Positions 55,679 to 64,000 of a DNA stretch of 64,000 nt are shown in pieces (position 1 is the stretch's first letter; every line of letters begins with the position of its first letter). The stretch lies in NCBI GenBank assembly GCA_002347025.1, contig DEAE01000012.1, positions 10,022 to 74,021 of the forward strand, given 5' to 3'. The position numbers and the translations under genes were made by a program. The notes under the pieces are model-generated. The model had not been told where the DNA came from. It saw only the letters and a program-made list of their open reading frames with translations, and ran no database searches. The stretch comes from Acidobacteria bacterium UBA2990 (GTDB lineage Bacteria > Acidobacteriota > Vicinamibacteria > Vicinamibacterales > UBA8438).

Positions 55679-57226
55679 ATGGAATCGAGAACGATAACTC
55701 CACAGACACTGTCCCAGTTGAACGTAACCGAAGCGCTGGCAACGCCTGGCAGTTTTCCCTTTACCCGTGGCATTCATCCAACGATGTATCGGGGCCGGCT
55801 GTGGTCGATGCGACAGTACGCTGGTTTTGGAACCGCGGCAGAATCGAACAAGAGATATCGCTACCTGCTCGAACATGGTGGCAGTGGACTTAGCGTCGCT
55901 TTCGACCTTCCAACCCAAATTGGCTACGACTCAGACCATCCCCTTGCTCGAGGTGAAGTGGGCCGGGTGGGCGTAGCGATCGATTCGATCGAAGATATGA
56001 GCGTTCTCTTTGATGGCATCCGTCTAGACAATGTCTCCACATCGATGACTATCAACGCGACCGCAATCATTCTGCTCGCGATGTATATAGCGACCGCCCG
56101 AAGACAGGGAGTAGAGACCGCGACCATTTCCGGGACCACTCAGAATGATATCCTCAAGGAGTACGTGTCTCGAGGAACTTACATCTTCCCACCGCAAGCC
56201 TCCTTGAGAATCGTCACAGACGTCTTTGCCTACTGCGGCAAAGAACTCCCAAACTGGCACCCTATCTCAATCAGCGGTTATCACATCCGAGAAGCTGGTT
56301 CGACCGCTGTCCAAGAAGTGGCGTTCACGTGCGCAAACGCGGTGGCATATGTTGAAGCAGCCATCGCTGCGGGACTTGATGTCAACAGTTTTGGCCGCAG
56401 GCTGTCATTTTTTTTCGCCGCCCATAGCGATTTCCTTGAAGAGGTGGCAAAATTCCGGGCAGCTCGACGTCTCTGGGCTAAGCTCATGCGAGATCGTTTT
56501 GGCGCCACAGAACCTCGGGCTCAACAATTGCGTTTTCACACTCAGACTGCGGGTAGTACGCTGACAGCCCAGCAGCCAGAGAACAACATTGTACGGGTTG
56601 CGCTACAATCGATGTCAGCAGTGCTAGGGGGCACCCAATCGCTTCACTGCAACGGCCAAGACGAAGCTCTTGGCCTCCCCACCAAGGACTCTGCTCGAAC
56701 CGCCCTTCGCACTCAACAGGTCATCGCCGCAGAGACGGGGGTCGTCAATACAGCCGACCCAGTCGGAGGTTCCTACGCAATTGAAGCCTTAACCAACGAA
56801 ATCGAACAAGGCGCAACTGAAATTCTTTCCAGGATCGACGCAGGTGGTGGCACCCTAGTGGCTATAGAACGAGGATTGATCCAGCGGGAAATCCAGGCAG
56901 CTGCCTATCGAGATCAACAGGCGATCGATAGCGGCCATCAGACTGTTGTTGGGGTCAATTGCTTCACAGACGACACCCCTGTAAATATTGAAGTGCTCAA
57001 GATTAACCCAAACATCGAATCCGACCAAGGCGAGCGCGTCGCAAAACTACGAATGTCACGTGACCAAATCCAGTGGACGCAATCCCTGTCAGCCGTCACT
57101 AAAGCTGCTCAAGATGGCACAAACCTTATGCCACCAATCATAGCCGCTGTTGAAGCACGAGCCACCGTCGGTGAGATAGCAGACACACTCCGGGCCGAAT
57201 TTGGCGAACACCGGGAAGAAGCCTAG
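55679..57226 (+). CDS. Methylmalonyl-CoA mutase family catalytic (TIM-barrel) subunit, without a fused B12-binding domain
   Basis: [26 protein letters not shown] and [13 protein letters not shown] blocks. The protein ends before any DxHxxG B12-binding domain. ATG 55679 is preferred to TTG 55589. Confidence 0.88.
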   Translation: MESRTITPQTLSQLNVTEALATPGSFPFTRGIHPTMYRGRLWSMRQYAGFGTAAESNKRYRYLLEHGGSGLSVAFDLPTQIGYDSDHPLARGEVGRVGVAIDSIEDMSVLFDGIRLDNVSTSMTINATAIILLAMYIATARRQGVETATISGTTQNDILKEYVSRGTYIFPPQASLRIVTDVFAYCGKELPNWHPISISGYHIREAGSTAVQEVAFTCANAVAYVEAAIAAGLDVNSFGRRLSFFFAAHSDFLEEVAKFRAARRLWAKLMRDRFGATEPRAQQLRFHTQTAGSTLTAQQPENNIVRVALQSMSAVLGGTQSLHCNGQDEALGLPTKDSARTALRTQQVIAAETGVVNTADPVGGSYAIEALTNEIEQGATEILSRIDAGGGTLVAIERGLIQREIQAAAYRDQQAIDSGHQTVVGVNCFTDDTPVNIEVLKINPNIESDQGERVAKLRMSRDQIQWTQSLSAVTKAAQDGTNLMPPIIAAVEARATVGEIADTLRAEFGEHREEA

Positions 57227-57308
57227 GATAACAGACCATAAAACATGGGTAGATAGTTAACTCTGCACACCTTAGCCACGACCGCCATCGACAAATCAGA
57301 ACCTGATT

Positions 57309-58013
57309 TCAGGGAATTAGAGGTAAAGCTTTGGATTGGCGAACATCCTGTTCCACCTGCCCATCACGCAAGTGAATTACCCGATGGGCGTAGCCGGCCA
57401 CCTCAGGCTCATGTGTAATTAGCACAATCGTATTCCCACCTTCATGGAGGCGCTTGAACAAAGCCATTATCTCTTTCCCAGTCCTCGAATCTAGATTTCC
57501 AGTCGGCTCATCAGCCAAGAGAATGGATGGTGCGTTGACTAGAGCTCTTGCAATTGCCACGCGCTGTCGCTGACCCCCTGACAACTCATTCGGACGGTGG
57601 GTGATTCGGTCCGCTAATTCAACACGGCCGAGGGCTTCCAGCGCACGTGAACGGCGAAGTCCGCGAGGCACTCCAGCATAGACAAGTGGTAGCTCAACAT
57701 TGTGTAATGCCGTAGCTCGAGGCAAAAGATTAAAAGTCTGAAAGACGAAACCGATCTCCTCGTTGCGAATACGAGCAAGTTCATCATCGTCCAATTCCCG
57801 TACCTGATGTCCGTTGAGCAGGTAACTCCCCTGGCTCGGAGTGTCGAGACATCCAATCAGGTTCATTAAGGTCGACTTGCCAGAGCCAGAGGGCCCCATA
57901 ATCCCCACATACTCGCCTGACTCGATTCTTATCGAAATATTCCGCAAAGCATGGATATCTTCACCACCCATCCGGTAGGTCTTCCAAAGACCTCTGGTCT
58001 CGATGAGCGCCAC
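57309..58013 (-). CDS. ABC transporter ATP-binding protein (MacB/LolD/FtsE-type), no adjacent permease
   Basis: [24 protein letters not shown] and [14 protein letters not shown] start at 58013. Confidence 0.88.
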   Translation of the reverse strand: MALIETRGLWKTYRMGGEDIHALRNISIRIESGEYVGIMGPSGSGKSTLMNLIGCLDTPSQGSYLLNGHQVRELDDDELARIRNEEIGFVFQTFNLLPRATALHNVELPLVYAGVPRGLRRSRALEALGRVELADRITHRPNELSGGQRQRVAIARALVNAPSILLADEPTGNLDSRTGKEIMALFKRLHEGGNTIVLITHEPEVAGYAHRVIHLRDGQVEQDVRQSKALPLIP

Positions 58014-58790
58014 TTAGAAAACATCCTTGATAAGTAAGTTTTTCGCTCGTAGTCTTCTCGCCAACACAGCGGAATACAAACACTGGATATCGAATAGGCC
58101 GTCTACCCCAGACTCATTCGTCTTGCACCATCCCCTCCAAAAAGCCTTGAAAAAGATAGCCGACTGCTTTGTGCTTAACCAATGGCAGCCAATCGGAAAG
58201 CTCATCAAACCCATGAATCAGAAGGTCACGTAGACGGTTGGTCAGACCGAAAAACCATCACCCTCGGCGCAGACCACCCAAGGCTTAAAAGCCCCCCCAC
58301 AAAGAGTATGACACGACTCCTATTCAGTAATGACAACAGAACTATCTGGAATCGACGGCATCGAACGATTCGCTCACCTCAGGAGGTAAATCCACTACCG
58401 ATTTCAGTGGAACATCGACCACATGGCGCCGTAGCAGCATCACGAGAAATGGAGTTGGACCAGCCGGCACAACCTACAACGCAATGCTAGGAAGTCTAAC
58501 TAAGTTCTTGCACTTTTCCACACTGGGAAAACGAGCCCCTCAAAACTGCTAAGCAAAATAGGTAGCTACAATACCTCCCGAGTACCTACAAACAGCAAAT
58601 CCAGTAATGAAAGTGATTGGTCGCACTTACAGGATGACAGTGAACCCCCCCATATGAGTACCGGTTGAATGTGTCAACAAGGCCTACCTGTTGAGGCGTG
58701 ACAGCAGACTGTTACTCAGGCCACAACTGCACCAGAAAGAACCACCAAAGCCTAAACCCGAACTGATCGCAAATGACTAGCAGCCTCGGA

Positions 58791-60104
58791 TCAATCGTAG
58801 TATTCCAAGCCAAGGTGCGTGATCAGCTCCTCGCCGCGCATGAACCTTAGCGTGTTCTTTAGCTTCATCAATTGTATAAAGAGATCATGCTCTGGGTATA
58901 TTCCTGGGGCATGCACAGGACTCTTGAAGTAAAACGAAAGCCACTCTTGGATTCCACTCATACCAGCCCGCTTAGCCAGATCGAGGAATAACACGAGATC
59001 TAGAACTATTGGCGCTGCAAGGATACTGTCCCGACACAAGAAATTGATCTTGAGCTGCATCGGATAGCCTAGCCACCCAACCAAATCTATATTGTCCCAA
59101 CCTTCTTTGTCATCTCCCCGGGGTGGATAGTAGTTAATCCTCACAACATGACACAGGTCCTTATAAAGCTCGGGATAAAGCTCAGGTTGAAGAATGTAGT
59201 CAAGAACCGACTTCTTGCTCTCTTCCTTGGTCTTAAACGACTCAGGATCATCAAGCACTTCACCGTCCCGGTTCCCGAGGATATTGGTCGAGTACCACCC
59301 GGACACTCCTATCAACCGAGACTTTAAACCCGGAGCCACAATCGTCTTAATCAGAGTCTGGCCAGTCTTTAGATCCTTCCCAGCAACCGGCGCTCCAGTG
59401 TCGAGCGCAAGTTGGTCTAGTGCCGGAACATCCGCGCTTAGATTCGGTGCAGCATTAGCATACGGAATCCCCTCTTTTAAAGCCGCATAGGCATAAACCA
59501 TGCTTGAAGAGATCTCGTGGGCATTCGACTCCATCGCCCGCTCGAACGACCCAATTGACTCGTGAGATTCCGTTGGAGTCATGAAAATTTCGGTACTGCC
59601 ACACCACACCATCACCAATCGTTCCAAGTTGTGCTCAGCTTTGAAACGACGAATATCCTCACGCACCTGACCGGCCAACTCGAGCTTGTTGGCACCTTGC
59701 TTGATGTTAGTTCCCATCAACCGCTTCACGTAGCGTTGATCAAAAACGGCTGGCCATGGCCGAATTGCCTCAAGCTCAGGCCTGATCTGTTCAAGCGTAG
59801 CAGTCTTAATGACTCCGGCCGTAGTCGCAGCCTCAAACGCGTTCTCTTCGAAAATGTCCCATGCCCCGAAAACCAAGTCGTTCAACGGCGCCAGCGGCAG
59901 GAAGTCTTTTATGAGTGGAGAACGTCCTTCGTTGCGCTTACCTAATCGGACGGTGCCCATTGCAGCCAGGGAACCGATAGGAGGAGCCAAACCTTTTCTA
60001 ATGAGCAGGGTCCCTGCAATGAAAGTGGTACTGACTGCGCCCATCCCAACTAAAAGGACGCCAAGTTTCCCACGTGCTGGTTCTATTTCAACTGGGTGTT
60101 TCAC
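58791..60104 (-). CDS. ino1: myo-inositol-1-phosphate synthase
   Basis: GVLLVGMGAVSTTFIAG Rossmann start and the NILGNRDG motif. 437 aa. GTG start. Confidence 0.82.
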   Translation of the reverse strand: MKHPVEIEPARGKLGVLLVGMGAVSTTFIAGTLLIRKGLAPPIGSLAAMGTVRLGKRNEGRSPLIKDFLPLAPLNDLVFGAWDIFEENAFEAATTAGVIKTATLEQIRPELEAIRPWPAVFDQRYVKRLMGTNIKQGANKLELAGQVREDIRRFKAEHNLERLVMVWCGSTEIFMTPTESHESIGSFERAMESNAHEISSSMVYAYAALKEGIPYANAAPNLSADVPALDQLALDTGAPVAGKDLKTGQTLIKTIVAPGLKSRLIGVSGWYSTNILGNRDGEVLDDPESFKTKEESKKSVLDYILQPELYPELYKDLCHVVRINYYPPRGDDKEGWDNIDLVGWLGYPMQLKINFLCRDSILAAPIVLDLVLFLDLAKRAGMSGIQEWLSFYFKSPVHAPGIYPEHDLFIQLMKLKNTLRFMRGEELITHLGLEYYD

Positions 60105-60251
60105 GGCCGGCCACTATATCATGGGTCCCAGAAAGTGGCCCGACGATAGATGTTTTAGTGAGGTAGTCACTACTAGCCTGCGGCAAGATGCCTTAAGGCA
60201 AGTAGTGGACCGACTTATTTCAGGGGCATAAGACCCCTCTGTGTTATCTCG

Positions 60252-60815
60252 ATGACAATTCTTAAGAGATTCAAAGGAGAAACGGACCTTCGGGTCTCAA
60301 TAGCAGGGCTGCGACCAGGGGACAAAGTTCTCCAAATTGGTGACCGAGACCCTCGCCTAATTGCGTACTTGGCAGCCCAGGCTGGGCTCAACGGTCAGGC
60401 CTCAGCTCTAGTGGTAGACGATGAAGCTGCAAAGTCGATCAAAGCAGCTGCCAAGAAACAAGGAGCCTTGGTGGAAGTTAAGGTGGCCCCTCTCAAAACG
60501 CCACCATTTGCCGAAGGTTGGTTCGATGTCGTTGTCATACCGCATCTTATCGGAACCATGCGCCCACACGAACGAGTGGGCACTCTACAAAGTGCTAGAC
60601 ATGTGCTCCGAATTGGCGGCCGATGCCTCATCATGGAAACTGCTCAACGTGGTGGCCTCGGCGCTCTCTTTTCCGGACGCTCACTAGACCCTCACTATCG
60701 TGCGCACGGCGGGGCCGAAGCAGCGTTGCAAGCCGAAGGGTTCAAGCCCGTCCGCATACTCGCCGAACGGGATGGATTACTGTTCGCCGAAGGGATGAAA
60801 CCTGATTTAACCTAG
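60252..60815 (+). CDS. Class I SAM-dependent methyltransferase (putative)
   Basis: The motif I-like GDKVLQIGDRD and the LRIGGRCLIME post-II region are weakly diagnostic. Confidence 0.55.
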   Translation: MTILKRFKGETDLRVSIAGLRPGDKVLQIGDRDPRLIAYLAAQAGLNGQASALVVDDEAAKSIKAAAKKQGALVEVKVAPLKTPPFAEGWFDVVVIPHLIGTMRPHERVGTLQSARHVLRIGGRCLIMETAQRGGLGALFSGRSLDPHYRAHGGAEAALQAEGFKPVRILAERDGLLFAEGMKPDLT

Positions 60816-61049
60816 CCCCCATCCTAGGTAATGGGGTCCCGCCAGCTAGATCAAGAGATTTAGATGGGTTAGCGCAGAACGCTCCAACAGAGCTTCCCAG
60901 AAGGCTAATTTGAGTCATCGACCATCTAATCGGACTCAGGAAGCAACAAACCGCCCTTGGCACTCGTTACCTGTGTTCCTCGGGTTGTCACAGGCCCAGG
61001 CAGTAAACTGCCGAAAGTGCTGTTTGCCGTCCTTTGCTATCATCGCACT

Positions 61050-61778
61050 GTGGAGTTATTAGCAGCAGTCAGTTTGAGCCTAGTTGGAAGCGGAAGTGGA
61101 GTACTGATCGCATCACCACTATTACTGCTTAAGCCTGAGACCCGACTACAGCTAGTCCCGGGTCTTGTTAGTTACGCTGTGGGAACTCTGCTCGCAGTGT
61201 CTCTCTTAGAACTTGTCCCCCAAGCCCTTGATTCACTATCTGCCCATACGGTACTCAGCATGCTGCTAACTGGAATTCTTGGCTTCTTCATGTTCGAAAA
61301 ATTAGTCCTCTGGCGGCACTGTCACACCTCGGACTGTACAGCTCACGATGTCAGCGCCCCAATAGTCCTTCTTGGGGGCTCCCTTCACAACTTCACCGAC
61401 GGGGCCATCGTCGGCGCTGCTGCACTGACATCGCTCCCCCTTGGCGTCAACACCGCTCTGGCAGTGGCAGCCCACCAAATTCCACAAGAGGTCAGCGATT
61501 ATGCGATCCTTCTCAACGCTGGCTACTCTCGCACCAGAGCCCTCCTGATGAACGCTCTGTCCGCCTCTACCTGTGTGGGTGGTGCGTTAGCAGTCTACGC
61601 TACCTCTGGTTGGCTCCCAGCCGCCTTGCCCTTTGTCCTCGCATTTGCCGCCGGCAGCTTCTTATACGTGGCAATGTCTGACCTCATACCCGGGTTACAC
61701 CACGACTCGATCGAAGTCAGTGCTGTCAGTCAGTTGGTTCTTATTGTGGCCGGAGTTGGAACAATTGCCTCCTTATGA
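61050..61778 (+). CDS. ZIP-family metal transporter (ZupT-like)
   Basis: HNFTDGAIVGAA and HQIPQEVSDYAILL signature helices. GTG 61050 is a more plausible start than TTG 60957. Confidence 0.8.
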   Translation: MELLAAVSLSLVGSGSGVLIASPLLLLKPETRLQLVPGLVSYAVGTLLAVSLLELVPQALDSLSAHTVLSMLLTGILGFFMFEKLVLWRHCHTSDCTAHDVSAPIVLLGGSLHNFTDGAIVGAAALTSLPLGVNTALAVAAHQIPQEVSDYAILLNAGYSRTRALLMNALSASTCVGGALAVYATSGWLPAALPFVLAFAAGSFLYVAMSDLIPGLHHDSIEVSAVSQLVLIVAGVGTIASL

Positions 61779-61980
61779 GCATCGCGGTAGCCCAAAACAG
61801 CGCTGCCTATCTGAACCAGCTCATACCGCTGGGATAGACCGTCCAATGTCTCCCGGTGGAGAACATCCGATCCAGACATAACGCAAAAGCCTGACTACGC
61901 TGATTGGATCCCGAAATAACCCTCCCAGCCAAATTCGGTCTACCTAGGGAACCGTAATATACTGAATCCTTCCCCCACCC

Positions 61981-64000
61981 ATGGCCTCCAAACCACGATT
62001 GTTCCTGATTGACGGTAACTCCCAAATGTATCGGGCTTACCACGCCATCAGCGAACTGACGGGGCCAGACGGCCAACCCACCAATGCCGTTTACGGTTTC
62101 ATTACAATGCTGCAAAAGCTGCTAGGCACCCACCAACCAGAATTTGTTGCCGCGGCGTTCGACCTGCGGGGCCCAACTTTTCGTCACGAACTCGACAGCA
62201 AATACAAGGCAAACCGCCAGCCAATGCCAGACGACCTTGCAGAACAGGTCTCGTTGGTTCATGAAGCTTGTTTAGCGCTGGGTGTATCCATCGTAACCTC
62301 CCAAGGTTTCGAAGCTGACGACGTGATCGGCACCCTCGCCAAACGGGCTGTAACTGCCAATCTAGACGTAGTGGTGGTAACCGGAGACAAAGATTTTTTC
62401 CAGCTCGTCGACGAACACACTCAGGTGTTTAACCCAAAAGATACTGGTGTTTTTTACGATTCACCCAAGGTACTCGAGAAATTCGGAGTCCACCCAAACC
62501 AAGTAGTCGATTGTCTAGCACTGATGGGCGACGCTAGCGATAATGTCAAAGGGGTACCAGGTATTGGAGAAAAAGGAGCCCGAGCCCTCCTGTCCGAGTT
62601 CGGCTCGCTCGATCAATTACTAGAGCACGCAGACAAGGTCCAAAAGAAGACATATCGAACTGCACTAACCGAACATGCCCAGGATGCCCACCTAAGCCGA
62701 AACTTAGTCAAAATTAATACTAAGGTGCCACTCCCAGAGGACCCAATTGGCTACCGCTACAGCGGACCAGACCGAGCGCGGTGCTTCGACCTATTTTCCA
62801 GGTTGGGCTTCAAGTCGCTATTAACCGATTTCGCTCCCACTGTAGATGAGGTAAACACCGACTATCGGATCATCGATCAGCTGGCTGACCTCAAAGACCT
62901 AGCCGTAAGCCTTCGATCGGCTGGACGCTGTGGACTTCATGTACTAACGGTGTCAGGGCAACCTTCACGAACCGGTGTCGTCGGACTGGCATTTTCCACA
63001 GCCCCACAAAGCGGCTACTACGTTCCCATCGCCACAGACCAGTTAGGCCTGACAGACAGCCTGGACAGTAGAACAGTTTTTGAGATCTTGGGTCCATTAC
63101 TTGAAGACTCACAACTACACATAGTTGGGCATGACCTTAAAAAACAGATGCTATGGCTCGCGGAACATGGAATACATCTGAACGGGCTTGAGTTTGACAC
63201 CATGATCGGGGGATACCTGATTGATGCTACACGCGCTACACCAACCCTAGAGAGCATTGCACTCGAACACACCGGCTATCAGATTGTTGGCACCGAAAAT
63301 ATACGAGGCAAAGGGGCAAAGGCACAGGAATTTGATCAGTTTTCTCCCCAAGCGGTTTTCGTCTACGCCTGCGAGCGAGCCGACCTGCCACTACAGGTAT
63401 CCGAATCGCTGATTGCCCGCCTAGAGGAACAACGTCTCTTACCCGTGTATCAAAATCTTGAACACCCGTTAATTTCACTACTTGCCAACATCGAACGCAA
63501 GGGAGTCCGCGTAGCCACTGAAACCCTCCGAGAGCAATCCAAGCGGATGCAATCCGAACTAACAGCGCTACAGTCCAAAATATTTGACCTCGCCGGTGAA
63601 GAATTTAATATCAACTCACCAAAGCAGTTATCAACCATACTCTTCGACAAACTGGCACTGCCAAGCCGCAAGAAAACTGGCAAGACTCGTGTCGCCTCTA
63701 CAGCAGTCGGGGTCCTCGAAGATCTTGCAACACAGCACGAATTACCCCGTCTCATACTGGAGTGGCGAACGATACAGAAACTGAAGGGAACCTACGTTGA
63801 CGCCATCCCAAAGCTCGTGCGCCTCGACACGGGCCGAGTGCATACTTCATTTAACCAGGCAGTCGCCGCCACCGGAAGATTGAGCAGTAGTGAACCGAAT
63901 TTGCAAAACATTCCAATACGGACACCCCTGGGACGAGAGATTCGGACCACATTCGTAGCAAGCGACGGTCATGTCCTCATTTCGGCCGATTACTCCCAGA
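61981..64000 (+). CDS. polA: DNA polymerase I, 3' end cut by window edge (not in ORF track because no stop is reached)
   Basis: My own translation from ATG 61981 gives MASKPRLFLIDGNSQMYRAYHAI..., then GDKDFFQL, GVPGIGEKGA, ...RLSSSEPNLQNIPIRT... It ends at the window edge in motif A, ISADYSQ. Confidence 0.92.
   Translation, partial: MASKPRLFLIDGNSQMYRAYHAISELTGPDGQPTNAVYGFITMLQKLLGTHQPEFVAAAFDLRGPTFRHELDSKYKANRQPMPDDLAEQVSLVHEACLALGVSIVTSQGFEADDVIGTLAKRAVTANLDVVVVTGDKDFFQLVDEHTQVFNPKDTGVFYDSPKVLEKFGVHPNQVVDCLALMGDASDNVKGVPGIGEKGARALLSEFGSLDQLLEHADKVQKKTYRTALTEHAQDAHLSRNLVKINTKVPLPEDPIGYRYSGPDRARCFDLFSRLGFKSLLTDFAPTVDEVNTDYRIIDQLADLKDLAVSLRSAGRCGLHVLTVSGQPSRTGVVGLAFSTAPQSGYYVPIATDQLGLTDSLDSRTVFEILGPLLEDSQLHIVGHDLKKQMLWLAEHGIHLNGLEFDTMIGGYLIDATRATPTLESIALEHTGYQIVGTENIRGKGAKAQEFDQFSPQAVFVYACERADLPLQVSESLIARLEEQRLLPVYQNLEHPLISLLANIERKGVRVATETLREQSKRMQSELTALQSKIFDLAGEEFNINSPKQLSTILFDKLALPSRKKTGKTRVASTAVGVLEDLATQHELPRLILEWRTIQKLKGTYVDAIPKLVRLDTGRVHTSFNQAVAATGRLSSSEPNLQNIPIRTPLGREIRTTFVASDGHVLISADYSQ

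Noticed and set aside
58014-58214. 66-aa ORF whose stop abuts the ABC ATPase start (TAAGTG)
   Set aside because: The peptide is Trp/Cys/Phe-rich with no motif and no RBS. A weak resemblance of its tail to FtsX C-termini is not convincing. It is treated as part of the non-coding region.
60817-60836. Hairpin CCCCAT-cctaggta-ATGGGG right after the methyltransferase stop, as an intrinsic terminator
   Set aside because: No U-tract follows the stem (TCCCGCC), so it cannot be called a Rho-independent terminator with confidence.
61807-62115. 102-aa minus-strand ORF
   Set aside because: It overlaps the unmistakable 5' end of polA on the plus strand.
1-64000. Search by eye for CRISPR arrays, tRNA/rRNA/tmRNA/RNase P signatures, IS elements, integrases, prophage genes, toxin-antitoxin pairs and known defence-system genes
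   Set aside because: I found no direct-repeat arrays, no conserved RNA signature strings (e.g. GAGGAAAGTCC, or GGTTCGA T-loops in intergenic DNA), and no transposase, recombinase, nuclease or helicase defence-type ORFs. The window looks like core chromosome rather than an accessory island.

Overview
Chromosomal segment of about 64 kb with moderate GC, from a diderm bacterium. An Acidobacteriota-like lineage is a low-confidence guess, based on carboxypeptidase-regulatory-domain outer-membrane barrels, the futalosine pathway, a sigma-54 regulator and mostly weak Shine-Dalgarno sites. The window is gene-dense and mainly housekeeping. I found no rRNA, tRNA, CRISPR array, transposase, integrase or recognisable phage-defence genes.

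Content from left to right:
- moeA (5' partial) and a futalosine-pathway radical-SAM gene.
- A cobalamin riboswitch driving a BtuD/BtuC/BtuF-like ABC importer and a TonB-dependent receptor.
- A 5.7 kb same-strand sulfur-mobilisation cluster: CysM-rhodanese fusion, JAMM protease, CysO-like carrier with a GG-RKA tail, MoeZ, Rrf2 regulator, IscS and IscA. There is no IscU.
- An aminotransferase and a family III CoA-transferase.
- A DtxR-family regulator divergent from an operon encoding a two-domain multicopper oxidase, a ZIP permease with an extra N-terminal domain, and a cupredoxin. Two unknown genes follow.
- queD and queC, then a deoxyhypusine-synthase-like gene.
- A complete arginine regulon (argH-argG-argR divergent from argC-B-D-GNAT-J-F) with tandem ARG boxes.
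- purE, purD and rpsU.
- A translationally coupled cluster of one unknown protein plus four GT4 glycosyltransferases arranged as mirrored paralog pairs.
- A same-strand module of secreted protein, plug-less OM barrel, PDZ-GAF-PAS histidine kinase and sigma-54 response regulator.
- gpmI, a methylmalonyl-CoA mutase catalytic subunit, and an orphan ABC ATPase preceded by about 780 bp of ORF-free, strand-skewed DNA.
- myo-inositol-1-phosphate synthase, a methyltransferase, a second ZIP transporter, and polA running off the 3' edge (absent from the ORF track because it has no stop codon in the window).

The best candidates for undescribed biology are:
- the DtxR-linked MCO-ZIP-cupredoxin operon;
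- the sulfur cluster with its structured upstream leader;
- the barrel/PDZ-kinase module;
- the ORF-free region at 58.0-58.8 kb.

All functional calls rest on motif recognition by eye. No database search was run.
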